Shown here in pieces: positions 49,067 to 59,048 of a stretch of 64,000 bases of DNA. Position 1 is the first letter of the stretch. Each line of letters begins with the position of its first letter. This DNA is from Candidatus Latescibacterota bacterium (lineage in GTDB: Bacteria > Latescibacterota > UBA2968 > GCA-2709665). The notes below the pieces were generated by a model. That model did no database searches. It worked only from the letters and a program-made list of their open reading frames with translations, and was not told where the DNA came from. Both the position numbers and the translations under genes were made by a program. The stretch is from the NCBI GenBank assembly GCA_965203805.1, contig OZ241917.1, positions 1,600,001-1,664,000 of the forward strand, written 5' to 3'.

Positions 49067-50174
49067 CGGCCTCTCCTCTGCTTTCTGAGGGGTGATCCAT
49101 CACTGCAGGCAAGACATGCCTCGTTAGGATGCGGAAGACCTGGTTGGCGACTGCGGATCCGTAATTTCCACCTGTGAAGACAATCACCATCTCAACATCG
49201 GGAATCACGAACAGGAACTGACCGCCATTTCCTTCGGCAACGAAGGTCTTGACAGGACGTCCGGCAACACTGAAGCGATCCAGCCACCAGCCAAACCCAT
49301 ATCGTTCGTTTCCAAACTGAGGGTTGACTGAATCTTCGATCCATTCCGCAGGCAGTACCTCAACTCCGTTCCACACCCCACGGTCCAGGTACAGTTGACC
49401 GATCTTGGCCAAATCACGGGGTCTGAGACGAAGTCCTGCATGTGTTTGCGGCAATCCTGTCTTTGTCCGCCACCAATCGCTCTGACGGATGCCCAGAGGT
49501 CCAAAGAGATATTCGTTGGCGAAAGCATCTGTGTGCAGGCCGGAAACCCTCTTGATAACCCCCGCAAGGAGAATTGCACATCCGCTATTGTAGTTGAATC
49601 GTGTTCCGGGTTCGTCAGACATGTCAGCTGACAGCACATATCCGATGAAGTCGTAACTGTTCTCCATCTGAGCTTCCGAGTTTGGAGAGCCAGGCTCAGA
49701 TTTATGCGCTCCCGATTGGTCCCACCTGAACCCGGAAGTCATCGTCAGCAGATGTCTCAAAGTGATCTGTTTTTTCTCTTCGGTTATGTGCGCGGAGTAA
49801 TCCGGGAAGAATTGATGCATTGGCACATCAACAGAATCGATAAAGCCCTTGTCAATGGCTATTCCAACGAGCGCGGACGTTACACTCTTTGAAACAGAGC
49901 GTGTGTCATGTAGCCGGTCCTTGTCGAATACGACCTGCCCCCTCCACCCATCGGTGCCCGCAAAGTACTCCTCCAGTACGAGAATGCCTCGCCGAGCAAT
50001 CAGAAAGCTGTGGAGATTCTTGTACTCCCCATCCCGGATCCTGGCCAGACACTCCGCTATCGCATCCGCATCCAGACCTTGCCCGGCCAGAGTACCAGTC
50101 CTCCAACCATCGGATGCATCAGCATGACCTGTGCTGCACAGCGTGAGGAACATTGACAAGAACAGTCGTATCAC
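49056..50174 (-). CDS. serine hydrolase, beta-lactamase-related (class C-like)
   Basis: SVSK, LRHLLTMTSG, FNYNS, AEGNGGQ; AGGAGG RBS before GTG. Confidence 0.9.
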   Translation of the reverse strand: MIRLFLSMFLTLCSTGHADASDGWRTGTLAGQGLDADAIAECLARIRDGEYKNLHSFLIARRGILVLEEYFAGTDGWRGQVVFDKDRLHDTRSVSKSVTSALVGIAIDKGFIDSVDVPMHQFFPDYSAHITEEKKQITLRHLLTMTSGFRWDQSGAHKSEPGSPNSEAQMENSYDFIGYVLSADMSDEPGTRFNYNSGCAILLAGVIKRVSGLHTDAFANEYLFGPLGIRQSDWWRTKTGLPQTHAGLRLRPRDLAKIGQLYLDRGVWNGVEVLPAEWIEDSVNPQFGNERYGFGWWLDRFSVAGRPVKTFVAEGNGGQFLFVIPDVEMVIVFTGGNYGSAVANQVFRILTRHVLPAVMDHPSESRGEADGE

Positions 50175-50221
50175 CGATCTGCCTCCTGTCCTTTCATGAC
50201 TGCGGGTTGCGACCGCCTGGC

Positions 50222-50272
50222 CACTAACGTTGAGCATTGCAGAAGCGGCCGCGCAACAGTCTAATGTATGAG
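50222..50272 (-). repeat. partial attC-like site
   Basis: CACTAACGTTGAGCATTGC..TGTATGAG, like 15336. Confidence 0.55.
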
Positions 50273-50477
50273 GGTAAGCTGAGCAACTTCGAGCGAAGCT
50301 CAGTAGGTCTGGAGGGAGCGGATGCTGGACGATTCAAAGTAAACATGCCATTACAAACGCAGACCATCCCTACGCTACTGATCAACGCGGGCTTTGAATC
50401 CGTCGAATGGACCCATGGAGAGGCCTGGGTTGTGACGGGAAAGAAGCCATAGCATATCCTCCCGGAACTACATTGAT

Positions 50478-51429
50478 CTAACCCGGAAACTCAGTCCTCA
50501 ACAGCGGTTGAACACGATACTTCCATTGGCTCTCAATCAAGGAATGGTCTGGTGATTTTGCGGCTGCTTCCAGGATATTCGTAGCTGCCCGACTGGCCAA
50601 GAGGGCAGGTATGTACTCTTCCAAATCCATGCTGAGTGAACGAACTTCACGATACCCCTTCAATAACGCATCAGACCTCTCCTGGAAACCAGGACGACCG
50701 TAAGGGCCGGCGAGGACCACAGCGACGTCATACAAGTAGTAGCCGAATCCGCAGTCGCCGAAATCAATCGCGATGGCGTGACCCGGTCGAAAGAGGACAT
50801 TTCCGAAACTGAGGTCTGCGTGAATGAGGCCGAACATCTCTGTGTCGCAGCCCATCTGTTGTTCCGCTTCTGTCAGCCGACCATAGACCGTTTCCAGATC
50901 GCGTCGAACAGGAGCCGGTCCGATCTCATCTAAAGGAAACTTCGAACGGGAACCAAAAAGACCCTCAGCGTCATACGTGGGGCGATCAAAACCCGTGGGT
51001 GGCGACCACGCTTCAGAGTGATTGTGCAACTCACCCGCAACGCGGCCAAGCAATTCGAAGTGCCGAGGCGATCGATGGTCCTGATCCAGGATACGTCCGT
51101 TGAGCCAGGAAGTGACGGATACCGGAAATGGTCCGGGTACGCCTGGAACATCTGCCACGATAACTCTTTTGCCGTCAGGCGATCTATAGGGCTGTGGAAC
51201 GGAGAGCGTGGCAGAGAGCCTCCAGCCAATCCAATTCCGATTCAATGATCCGGGGCGCCTTCCTGTCACGGTGAATCCGCACTCGATACTCGCCTGAATC
51301 GCAGGTCCACTTCGACTTGCGACAACGGCATTTTCCCAAACCCAGTTCGCGGAGCGCGGCCTCTGCCACCTTGCGTAACCGACGGATTCGCCCCTGGTGA
51401 GTTAGCTCGTCGAAGCTCCGTTTGGCCAT
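50478..51429 (-). pseudogene. phosphotransferase (homoserine kinase type II-like), frameshifted near 51210
   Basis: N-part ..RVRIHR..IESELDWLEAL in one frame, C-part VPQP..IHADLSFGN..IDFGDCG in another. Confidence 0.8.
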
Positions 51430-51495
51430 TCCGACCTCCACAAAAGCACCGTCACCATCGGTGGAGTACCGCCTCTCTCTTGTGCCGCAGGACCC

Positions 51496-51550
51496 AGTGT
51501 TCTGTCCCGGAAATAAGTCGCCTGAATTCGACCGTCGAGTCGCCCGGCTC
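51496..51550. mobile_element. truncated end of the 34630 MITE family, fused to an attC half
   Basis: Reverse complement of 34741-34796 with a few substitutions. Confidence 0.8.
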
Positions 51551-51554
51551 TATG

Positions 51555-51635
51555 GGCGGGTTGCCGTCAGGCCAAGGAGCCCTTCGACAAGCTCAGGATA
51601 AACTCCGCGACGCAGTGCGAGTGGACGTGTTAAAT
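51555..51635 (-). repeat. right half of attC-like site with REP-like insert
   Basis: Nearly identical to 38142-38222; ends GTGGACGTGTTAAAT. Confidence 0.85.
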
Positions 51636-51678
51636 GCTGGCAGCGGCCCTCTCTTCGCGAAGCACTATTGGGGCGGAG

Positions 51679-51846
51679 TTAACAGCCCGTTGGAAAAGTC
51701 CATCCGGGCTACGTCCGGCCCTTGTGGCCGAAATACGGCGTTGCGCTCCCTCCCCGAATCCAGGGATTCGCGTCGGTCGCGCGCCTTGTCTTCGGCCACA
51801 ATGACTCGGCCTCGCCTGCAGAGCGACTTTTTCAACGGACTGTTAA
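51679..51846. mobile_element. MITE (~165 bp) with IS5/IS1182-like ends
   Basis: TTAACAGCCCGTTGGAAAAGTC ... GACTTTTTCAACGGACTGTTAA. Confidence 0.85.
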
Positions 51847-51896
51847 TGCGCACACCAGAACCCCGGTTTGTGTCATGTGAATCCTATGTCGGCCTC

Positions 51897-52889
51897 TTAG
51901 CGTTCGTCAGGACGTTGTGGAGAGCATCCTTCCTCTGTCGCTGCCTGAATGCAACCGAGATTATCGTAGACCCACCAGGCGCATTCGAATGTCTCCTCAG
52001 CGTCGTCCCGCGGACCATACTCTTGGAAGTGATCGACCAGCGTTAACAAGAAGAACGGAATTCCCAATGAAAAGGCCGTTTCCTCTTCTGACCTGATTTC
52101 GGTGGCGCTGCCGTAGCCTTCAAGAAGGCGAGGAAGGTGGCGGAGCCATGGACGTGTTCGCCCGGTGCTGCAGTCCCGAGCAACCAGGTTGGCCGCGAAA
52201 TTCGCAAGATCGCAGATGCGTGGCCCGACACTGATATGGTCACAGTCAACAAAACCGCTAACTTGACCGTTATGGAGTAGCGTATTGCCTAAGTGGCAAT
52301 CCCAAAGCACGGGCTGCTGGACAAGTCGAGGCGAAACGTCAGCGATTGGGTCTTCCAGACCCGAAAGAATGACTTCAAGTCGTTCACGGCTCCTGCCGGT
52401 CATCCGCTCACGCATCCGCGGGACTTTAACCTCAAACAGCCGCGAATAGAGTTCGGTCTCCCAAGTATCAATCTGGCCATCATACATCGCAAGGACCTGA
52501 TGCAGGTTGGCGTAAGCTCGGCCAACGTTGTAGTAGATCGGCCCCGCGTCATCAGCGTACAGGTCCGTACTTTCGCGCTCTATGCGAGGCAAAAGGATGA
52601 ATGCATTTGATCCGTCGGATGCATGAAATCCACCACTCCGAGTTGTAAGCAGGTAAGCGACCCGAACACCGGAGCGATGCAGATACTGGGTCACACGGTG
52701 CTGTAACCCAAGCGGTGAGAATGTGTCGTCCAGGCCACCAACGTCCTTTAGAACGTAGCGTTCGCCAGTGCTTGCAGTGACATGGTGAATGTGGGGAAAT
52801 TGTGGATCGGTTTCTATGGTTTCGGCGTTGACAGGCCAGTCTTCCAGCAGATCACGAATCCTGGCGGTTGGTTTTTCCCGGGTTGTCAT
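51897..52889 (-). CDS. phosphotransferase (APH/homoserine kinase II fold)
   Basis: YVLK, LWDCHLGN, FVDCD. Confidence 0.8.
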   Translation of the reverse strand: MTTREKPTARIRDLLEDWPVNAETIETDPQFPHIHHVTASTGERYVLKDVGGLDDTFSPLGLQHRVTQYLHRSGVRVAYLLTTRSGGFHASDGSNAFILLPRIERESTDLYADDAGPIYYNVGRAYANLHQVLAMYDGQIDTWETELYSRLFEVKVPRMRERMTGRSRERLEVILSGLEDPIADVSPRLVQQPVLWDCHLGNTLLHNGQVSGFVDCDHISVGPRICDLANFAANLVARDCSTGRTRPWLRHLPRLLEGYGSATEIRSEEETAFSLGIPFFLLTLVDHFQEYGPRDDAEETFECAWWVYDNLGCIQAATEEGCSPQRPDER

Positions 52890-52974
52890 GGCTATAGACT
52901 TCGCGAAGCTCGCGACGAAGTTGTGTATTCTGGTTTCGTGCGCGACTGGGTTGGGCGGGGGCCCCGCTGCTTGC

Positions 52975-53030
52975 ATTTAACGTGCTTGATGTGCGAAGCC
53001 GCCGCAGGCGGTTTGGGCGAACGAACCCAG
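52975..53030 (-). repeat. left half of attC-like site
   Basis: ATTTAACGTG..GCGAAGCCGCCGCAGGCGGTTTGGGCGA. Confidence 0.6.
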
Positions 53031-53209
53031 CATTTGCCGCGGCCGATCTTCGGTTGCTCGGCAAGGCAACAATCCGGCGCGATCAGCGCGATTATGGCCA
53101 ATGCCAGAAGAGAAATTCGTTGGGTTGACGGAACTCTCATGTTCGGGACTTCCATTTGTTTTTTGTGAATTCGTCCAACCGGAAGCAGTTCCACACCATC
53201 ATCGATGAC

Positions 53210-54715
53210 CTACTTATCACCCTCGATTTCTAAGTCGCCGTTTTTTGTGATACGACCGACAGCGAACCTGAAGCTGAAAAGGTCCGCGTGTTTGAATTGG
53301 AACTTTAGGCGCGCGGACTTTCCGGCGTAATCCCCGGGAGTGAGTCCGGACTGCCACGTGACCGGGTGGTCGATTTCGTCACCCCTCAGTGGCTTGCAGT
53401 CGTTCAGCGTCAGGCCCTTCAGGGGCCGGCCGTTTGCATCCTGGATTTCGACCCGGATTTCCCCGGCAGGTCGGGGCCAGGCGATGTAGTTGAGCTCCAG
53501 TCGGCTGCCGTTGAGCACAAACGGTTTTGTCACGATCGTTCCGCCGTCCGGACCGGATCGGACGGAAACGAATCCGTCGACACGGAACGTAAAACGCCTG
53601 AGCCGCGTCCTCGGCACGAATGACTTCTTCTTCCACTCGGGGTCCTCATATCCGTACCCTTCGGTGGCGTAGACGAAGTACTCGCGCTCATTGCCACGAA
53701 CCAGACCGTGGGCCATGAAGTTGGCCCGGTTGCCATCGCGTTGCTGGGGCGCACTGCCGGGAATCAATGGTTCGCGGCGTCGCAGGAACGAGTGCCCGCC
53801 GTCGCGGCTGGTCATCAGGATGGGATGGACCTGGGCGACGGCAAACCGGTCCGTGTATTCGGTGGGAAAGGCGATCAGAATGTGTGGCGCGCGTTCATAT
53901 GGAAGGACGCCGTTGGTGTACATCTCCCGGTCGACCTTGTCCGAATACGTCAGCGGAACGGGTTCCGTCCAGTTCACAAAATCGTCCGACACGGCCATGT
54001 GCACATTGCGCAAATAACCTTTTAGCAGATCCCGCACGAATGCGACGTAGCGGCCGAGAACCGGATCCCGGAACGCCAGGTTCTGCGAATCGAATCGCCC
54101 CTTCGTAATCGCGGGCTTTTCGGTCATCAACGTCCAGTGAAGTCCGTCCGGCGACTTGAAGGGATACATGCCGTAATCGGTGTATTTTCCCGGAATCTGG
54201 TGCGCGCCGCGAGCCCCGCGGACCAGTGCCTTGTACCGAGCGTCGGGTCTTACAGTTGGGCTGGTGTCGATGAACGGGACCATGTCGCCGCGCCATCCCA
54301 GGCCAGTGTGGGTTCCCAGTTTGCCTTGCCATTTGGCGGTGGGAAGGTACTTTCTGCCATCCCCACCGAGGACGATGTTGTTGTCCGAGGATCCTCTGAA
54401 TTTGAATAGACCAAGGTTTGGCTTCGTCCACCGGATGCCGTCGCGGCTTTCCGCGTAACACATCGGTTCGCCGCGCGCGTCTTCGCCGCTGCCGTGATGA
54501 TAGCCGCGGTAGTACATGCGAAACAGATCTCCGTCCTTGAGTACCGAGACGTAGCCCAAAGAAGTGTCTTCCCAGGGCTTGTCGTTCATCAGCACGACCT
54601 CTTTGCCCAACGGCTCGTGCAGATGTTGCGCCGCGTCGCCCTCGAAGCGTTCCACAATCCAGTCATCAACGAACAATTCGCGCCGCAGCGGCGATGATGG
54701 ATTGATGTCTGTCAT
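53210..54715 (-). CDS. glycoside hydrolase-like beta-propeller protein (distant homolog of 22376)
   Basis: ELFVDD, YAESRDGIRWTKP, SPDGLHW, FDSQN, RVDGF. Confidence 0.78.
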   Translation of the reverse strand: MTDINPSSPLRRELFVDDWIVERFEGDAAQHLHEPLGKEVVLMNDKPWEDTSLGYVSVLKDGDLFRMYYRGYHHGSGEDARGEPMCYAESRDGIRWTKPNLGLFKFRGSSDNNIVLGGDGRKYLPTAKWQGKLGTHTGLGWRGDMVPFIDTSPTVRPDARYKALVRGARGAHQIPGKYTDYGMYPFKSPDGLHWTLMTEKPAITKGRFDSQNLAFRDPVLGRYVAFVRDLLKGYLRNVHMAVSDDFVNWTEPVPLTYSDKVDREMYTNGVLPYERAPHILIAFPTEYTDRFAVAQVHPILMTSRDGGHSFLRRREPLIPGSAPQQRDGNRANFMAHGLVRGNEREYFVYATEGYGYEDPEWKKKSFVPRTRLRRFTFRVDGFVSVRSGPDGGTIVTKPFVLNGSRLELNYIAWPRPAGEIRVEIQDANGRPLKGLTLNDCKPLRGDEIDHPVTWQSGLTPGDYAGKSARLKFQFKHADLFSFRFAVGRITKNGDLEIEGDK

Positions 54716-54811
54716 CGGTTTACACCTCGGGTGAAATGCCGGATCGACGTGTATCAGCGATTCTGTGCTTTTGGCGGCCAGGAATGGCCGCTGTGTCTTT
54801 GTGCCGCTTGC

Positions 54812-54878
54812 GCAAAACGTTCTCGCCGTGTGCGAACGAAGGTACGGATGCGCCGAGCCGCGCACGGTCGTGTTACAC
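54812..54878 (-). repeat. short attC-like site
   Basis: GCAAAACGTTCTCGCCGTGTGCGAAC..CGCACGGTCGTGTTACAC; NUDIX stop codon in the core. Confidence 0.8.
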
Positions 54879-55379
54879 GCTGCCGTGACTGGGTGGACGT
54901 GACCAGTCGTCCATAGCCGGAAGCTCGTCAATCTGGTCGGTATTCAGACGTTCGTTGAGTTCCCAGAGTGCGACTCGGTTGCTTTCCCATGTGAGCAGCC
55001 TCGTGGCTTCCCTGAAAGACAACCAGCTCACCTTGTCATGTTCATGGGACAAATCAAGTTCTTGACCGCTTACATCAACCGCAAATGAGTATTCAGGCAC
55101 GACAAAGATGTCCTTGGACCAGTGTTCAATTGGTGAGAATGCCGTCTTGGGGACGGATGCTCGGGAATCCAGCCGAAAGAAACGTGCCCCCTTTGGAATG
55201 CCCGCCTCCTCTTCTGCCTCGCGCCGTGCGGTTTGCTCTGCCGTCTCATCGTCTTCGGCACCACCTGCAATGAACTGCCACATAGAGTCATCCGCCCGAT
55301 GAAAGACGGCAAACTGGTATCCGACACTCCCACTCTCCCTGAACGGTATCACGATCACTTGTAGTGGTTGCCTTGCCAT
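54873..55379 (-). CDS. NUDIX hydrolase (NudB-like)
   Basis: WQFIAGGAEDDETAEQTARREAEEEAG; LSHEH; WESN. Confidence 0.92.
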   Translation of the reverse strand: MARQPLQVIVIPFRESGSVGYQFAVFHRADDSMWQFIAGGAEDDETAEQTARREAEEEAGIPKGARFFRLDSRASVPKTAFSPIEHWSKDIFVVPEYSFAVDVSGQELDLSHEHDKVSWLSFREATRLLTWESNRVALWELNERLNTDQIDELPAMDDWSRPPSHGSV

Positions 55380-55452
55380 GCTAACTATTCTCTCGGGTTG
55401 AGTCGCTCATACTCGTCCATCACAGCAGAAATATAGCCCCGCCACGGTTTTC

Positions 55453-55543
55453 GTGTAAAGTCTCACGGTTTGCGAACCCGCGAAGCGGCTTGCCGTCGGC
55501 CAAGGCGCCACCGGCCCCGCAGCGCAACACCGATGTGTTATGC
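55453..55543 (-). repeat. attC-like site
   Basis: GTGTAAA..CGGTTTGCGAACC..CCGCAGCGCAACACCGATGTGTTATGC. Confidence 0.85.
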
Positions 55544-55545
55544 GC

Positions 55546-55646
55546 CACTAACGGTTCCTGGCTTTACGACGTGGGCCGGTCCCAAAGGCCCATGTGCCCG
55601 CAGGGCCGAGGGGCGGATGCCCCGAAGCGTAAAGCCGGTGTCAGCC
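55546..55646 (-). repeat. second, tandem attC-like site
   Basis: CACTAAC..GGCTTTACG..CGTAAAGCC..GTCAGCC. Confidence 0.7.
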
Positions 55647-55725
55647 GTGTTTATTAATTCGTATCCGTTCATTGTCGGGGCCTTATGTATCAAAATGTAG
55701 CCGCTAACTCATTCAGGCAGACTTC

Positions 55726-56646
55726 TCATTCACCAAAAAACGGGTGCGGCTCGCCGGCTTCCACCAGCCTTTGTACCAGACTCGAGTACTTCAACACCTC
55801 CGTCAGCCGGGCGCGCCAATGCGGGGCGTAGAAGCCGACGAATTCCTGGAAGAACGCTCGCGCATCCTCACTGACGCCATCGAAGTATTGCGGCAGCAAA
55901 AACCATGGCTGGTCACTGGCGTAGTTCAGCCCCCGCCGGCGCATCGTGAACTCTGCTGCGGCCCGTTTTTTTACCGAGATCATCAACGAGCGCCTGAGCT
56001 TGTCGGTGTGATAGCGGCCCCGATGAATGCACAACTGGGTAAACAGCACCGCGTCACCGGGTTCCTGGTGGAGACGAACGGCGCCAGGCATATTGTTCGA
56101 ACGGTTGTGGATCCCATCATCGGCGACGCAGATCGCGTGCTCTTCGGGGGAGTAGTCACGCAGGTGAGACCCCGGTACCACTTCGAGATCGTCGGTAGGG
56201 ACCAATGCGATTTGCATCTGCAACCCGGCTCCGGTCTCCGGTCTCCGGGATACGTCTGCTTCTGCTCCGATCTTGTCCTTGTGCCAAAATCCGTCCTGGC
56301 TTTCTCCGGTCGGATTAAAGTAGAGACTGCTCAAGGCGAAGAGAAATTCTTCATCCAGGGCCGCGCTCAGCGATTCGACAACCTGGGGCGACCCCATGGC
56401 ATTGAGCAGAAAGGCGAGATCGTCGGGGTGATCGCGGTGATATTCCGGGTCGTTCAGGTGCCTCATGTAATTGGCCTGGGGCCCCACCGGTGGATTGTCA
56501 CAGCGAGGAGCGCGCCGCCACTGTTCCAGCACTCGCTCACAGATATCGCGCAGCCGTTTTGTCGTCGCTGCGTCGAACAAACCGCGCACCACGGCGTAAG
56601 AGTGTTGGCGTAGCCGCCCAGGGCTGGGTTCAGTAGCAATACTCAT
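55726..56646 (-). CDS. phytanoyl-CoA dioxygenase family protein
   Basis: WHKD, VVPGSH, PGDAVLF..IHRG. Confidence 0.88.
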   Translation of the reverse strand: MSIATEPSPGRLRQHSYAVVRGLFDAATTKRLRDICERVLEQWRRAPRCDNPPVGPQANYMRHLNDPEYHRDHPDDLAFLLNAMGSPQVVESLSAALDEEFLFALSSLYFNPTGESQDGFWHKDKIGAEADVSRRPETGAGLQMQIALVPTDDLEVVPGSHLRDYSPEEHAICVADDGIHNRSNNMPGAVRLHQEPGDAVLFTQLCIHRGRYHTDKLRRSLMISVKKRAAAEFTMRRRGLNYASDQPWFLLPQYFDGVSEDARAFFQEFVGFYAPHWRARLTEVLKYSSLVQRLVEAGEPHPFFGE

Positions 56647-56789
56647 TATATCCTCTTGGGTTGCTGTGGGAAGACTATCGACTTCCCCTCTACTCCGGGA
56701 TTCGACCTCTGTGGCTCTGTGGTGAGGCCTTACGATCCCGCTTCCGGGAAGGACGTTGGGATAACAGCCTGGCAAGGTCGATGATTCAA

Positions 56790-59048
56790 TCAGAACTCAG
56801 CGGCAATCATCGCGTACTGTCCAATGTTCGTTAATATGGTTTCCAGGTGGTTTCCGTCGAACGTGACCTCCAGGTCATCTCCCGTGCAAACGTCCCACAC
56901 GCGACGAGGAGCGCCCCGCTCCGTGAGCTGCCAGCGCAGGTTCACTTCGGGTATCGTGGTCACATAGTCAAACTGTGGGCTGAAGCGCGGCCAGATCCCC
57001 GGCAGATGCTCGACGCGCTCGCCGGTGTGATTGATCAGAAACAACACTTGGCTTCCCGGTTTTTCATTCGGAATCATCACGAGTTGGTTCGGGCCATCGG
57101 TCATCAGAGGCCGGCCCTCCGGGTAGAGCCAATCCACCACGGCGCCCAGAAGATCGCGGACCACCAGCAGGCGATATTCGAAATGAAGCTCCTCCACCGG
57201 CGCGGCCACATAGACGACGCGGCCCTTGCCAACCGTCCGGCAGGTGAGGGCGGGACACAGAGCGTCGTCCTCGCGCCCACCGAAGACGATGTTCGCCACC
57301 ACGTCGGTTCCCGGCCGGGCCTGGACGAACTCGAACCGATTGAGCGGCCACAGCTCATGCGAGCACCCCTCGGCCAGCCATTGACCCGGAACGCAGCGAC
57401 CGTACGTGTCGAACGTCCCCGCGGCCCAGAGGTGTTGTTCGTAATCTGCGAATTGGTCGGGGTTCGGGTCCACGCGGTCCACGCCCAGAAGGTCCGCCAA
57501 GGCGAAGTTGTCGCGCATCTCATCGGGCTCGGCGCCGTACAGGCTCGTCCGGTACGTCGCCAGGAGCCGCCCGCCCGCCTTCACATATTCCGTGATGCCT
57601 TCGACTTCCTCCCGCGTGAGATGGCCGACGTTGGGCAGAAACAGAACGGGATACTTTGCCAACGCCGCTGCATCGGAGAGAACCCGCTCCTCGATCACCG
57701 ATGTCGGCAAATGGTTGGCCAGCATGGCCGAGAAGGCCCCGCGACGGCAGGATTGCTGCGGGGGCGTGCGCACGAGATAGCCCGCCTCGGAGAGCGGGGC
57801 CTCGAGTTCCCCCGGGCGGTCGGCGAGGTCCTGCCTGGACTGGCCGATGACATCGCGCGGACGATCGCGCATCACCAGGGGCTCGGCGCGGAACCGCAAC
57901 CGCTCGAGCATCTCATACACCCGCACCGGCAAAACAAACGGAATAGCAACAAACGGTGACGGGTGGAGATCTTCGAAGAGTGATTCGTTCCTCTCCAGGA
58001 TCTCAAGGAGCGCCGCCAGCTCACGATTGGCTTTATGGGGAGGCGACAGCCAAAGGTTCACGCCGCACGCCACCAGGACGCCCCCTCCGGAAGCAAAGCT
58101 GGCTGCCGCCTCCTCGACGAGTTCCATGCCGAAGCACTGCGCCCGCGACCAGCCCGTCAAGGCGCCGACGTATTGCCACATGGCCCATCCCGACGACTCG
58201 GCCAGACTGGCCGCCTCGAGCCGATGAAGGAAGTCGCCCCCGGCCTCGTAGAGGAATCCATCGTGCACTTCCACGATCCTGCGTTCGGGCCAGTCGCCCA
58301 CACCCAGGCCGTGCGTCAGCACCGGGATGTCCTTCTTCTTTCGCGTCGCGGCGGCGAATTCGAGAAAGACATCGCCGACGATCCTGCCGTACTGCAGGCT
58401 CCACGCTTCCAGCATCTCCCGGTCTTCCCGAGGCAGGCTGTGCGGATCGGGTGCATACGGCATTGGGCAGCCGAATTGCCTCTCGAACTTCTCGAGGCAA
58501 TAGTCGCAGTAGCACAAGGGCGACTGCGGGGTGTGGTGCGAATGGTAAGGACAGGCGGAATCGGTGTAGATCGCGTCGACGTCGTGGTCCACCACTTGTG
58601 CGATGAAAGCGCAGATGGCCTCTCGGTACGGTGTGTTGAAGCAGACGTGCCGGTGAAATCCGCCGCCGTGGTGCCTCAGGACAGGAGCGTCGCCTTCGGG
58701 GCTGGGGCGGTACATCCACTCCGGATGATGGATCAGCATGTTGTCTTCGGGAATAATGTGCCCCACGGGAATGTACCCGATGACGCGGACGTCCCGCGCA
58801 TGGGCCTCGGCGATGGTCTCGGCGAGCAGGTCGCGCTCACCTAATTGAGGGTGCGGGGGAAAGAACTCATTGGGGAAGACCGCCCATTTGCCCGCGCTGC
58901 CGAACCAAATGGCGTTGGCGTGGTATTCCCGCACGACATCGACGAGCTGCTTCGCGTCAAAATCGATATCGGGCCAGAAGGGCGGGTGGTATTGCTCTAT
59001 CTGAAAGGTGCGCGCCCGCCGTACCCACTCGTGACTCGGCTTGATCAT
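56790..59048 (-). CDS. putative glycoside hydrolase with beta-galactosidase trimerisation-like domain
   Basis: DLLAETIAEAHARDVRVIGY, CFNTPYR, CYCDYC, EYVKAGGRL, VGKGRVVY. Confidence 0.8.
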   Translation of the reverse strand: MIKPSHEWVRRARTFQIEQYHPPFWPDIDFDAKQLVDVVREYHANAIWFGSAGKWAVFPNEFFPPHPQLGERDLLAETIAEAHARDVRVIGYIPVGHIIPEDNMLIHHPEWMYRPSPEGDAPVLRHHGGGFHRHVCFNTPYREAICAFIAQVVDHDVDAIYTDSACPYHSHHTPQSPLCYCDYCLEKFERQFGCPMPYAPDPHSLPREDREMLEAWSLQYGRIVGDVFLEFAAATRKKKDIPVLTHGLGVGDWPERRIVEVHDGFLYEAGGDFLHRLEAASLAESSGWAMWQYVGALTGWSRAQCFGMELVEEAAASFASGGGVLVACGVNLWLSPPHKANRELAALLEILERNESLFEDLHPSPFVAIPFVLPVRVYEMLERLRFRAEPLVMRDRPRDVIGQSRQDLADRPGELEAPLSEAGYLVRTPPQQSCRRGAFSAMLANHLPTSVIEERVLSDAAALAKYPVLFLPNVGHLTREEVEGITEYVKAGGRLLATYRTSLYGAEPDEMRDNFALADLLGVDRVDPNPDQFADYEQHLWAAGTFDTYGRCVPGQWLAEGCSHELWPLNRFEFVQARPGTDVVANIVFGGREDDALCPALTCRTVGKGRVVYVAAPVEELHFEYRLLVVRDLLGAVVDWLYPEGRPLMTDGPNQLVMIPNEKPGSQVLFLINHTGERVEHLPGIWPRFSPQFDYVTTIPEVNLRWQLTERGAPRRVWDVCTGDDLEVTFDGNHLETILTNIGQYAMIAAEF

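Noticed and set aside
9437-52889. Calling APH-like, nucleotidyltransferase and serine hydrolase genes antibiotic-resistance genes
   Set aside because: Only fold-level motifs are visible, with no recognisable identity to named resistance genes
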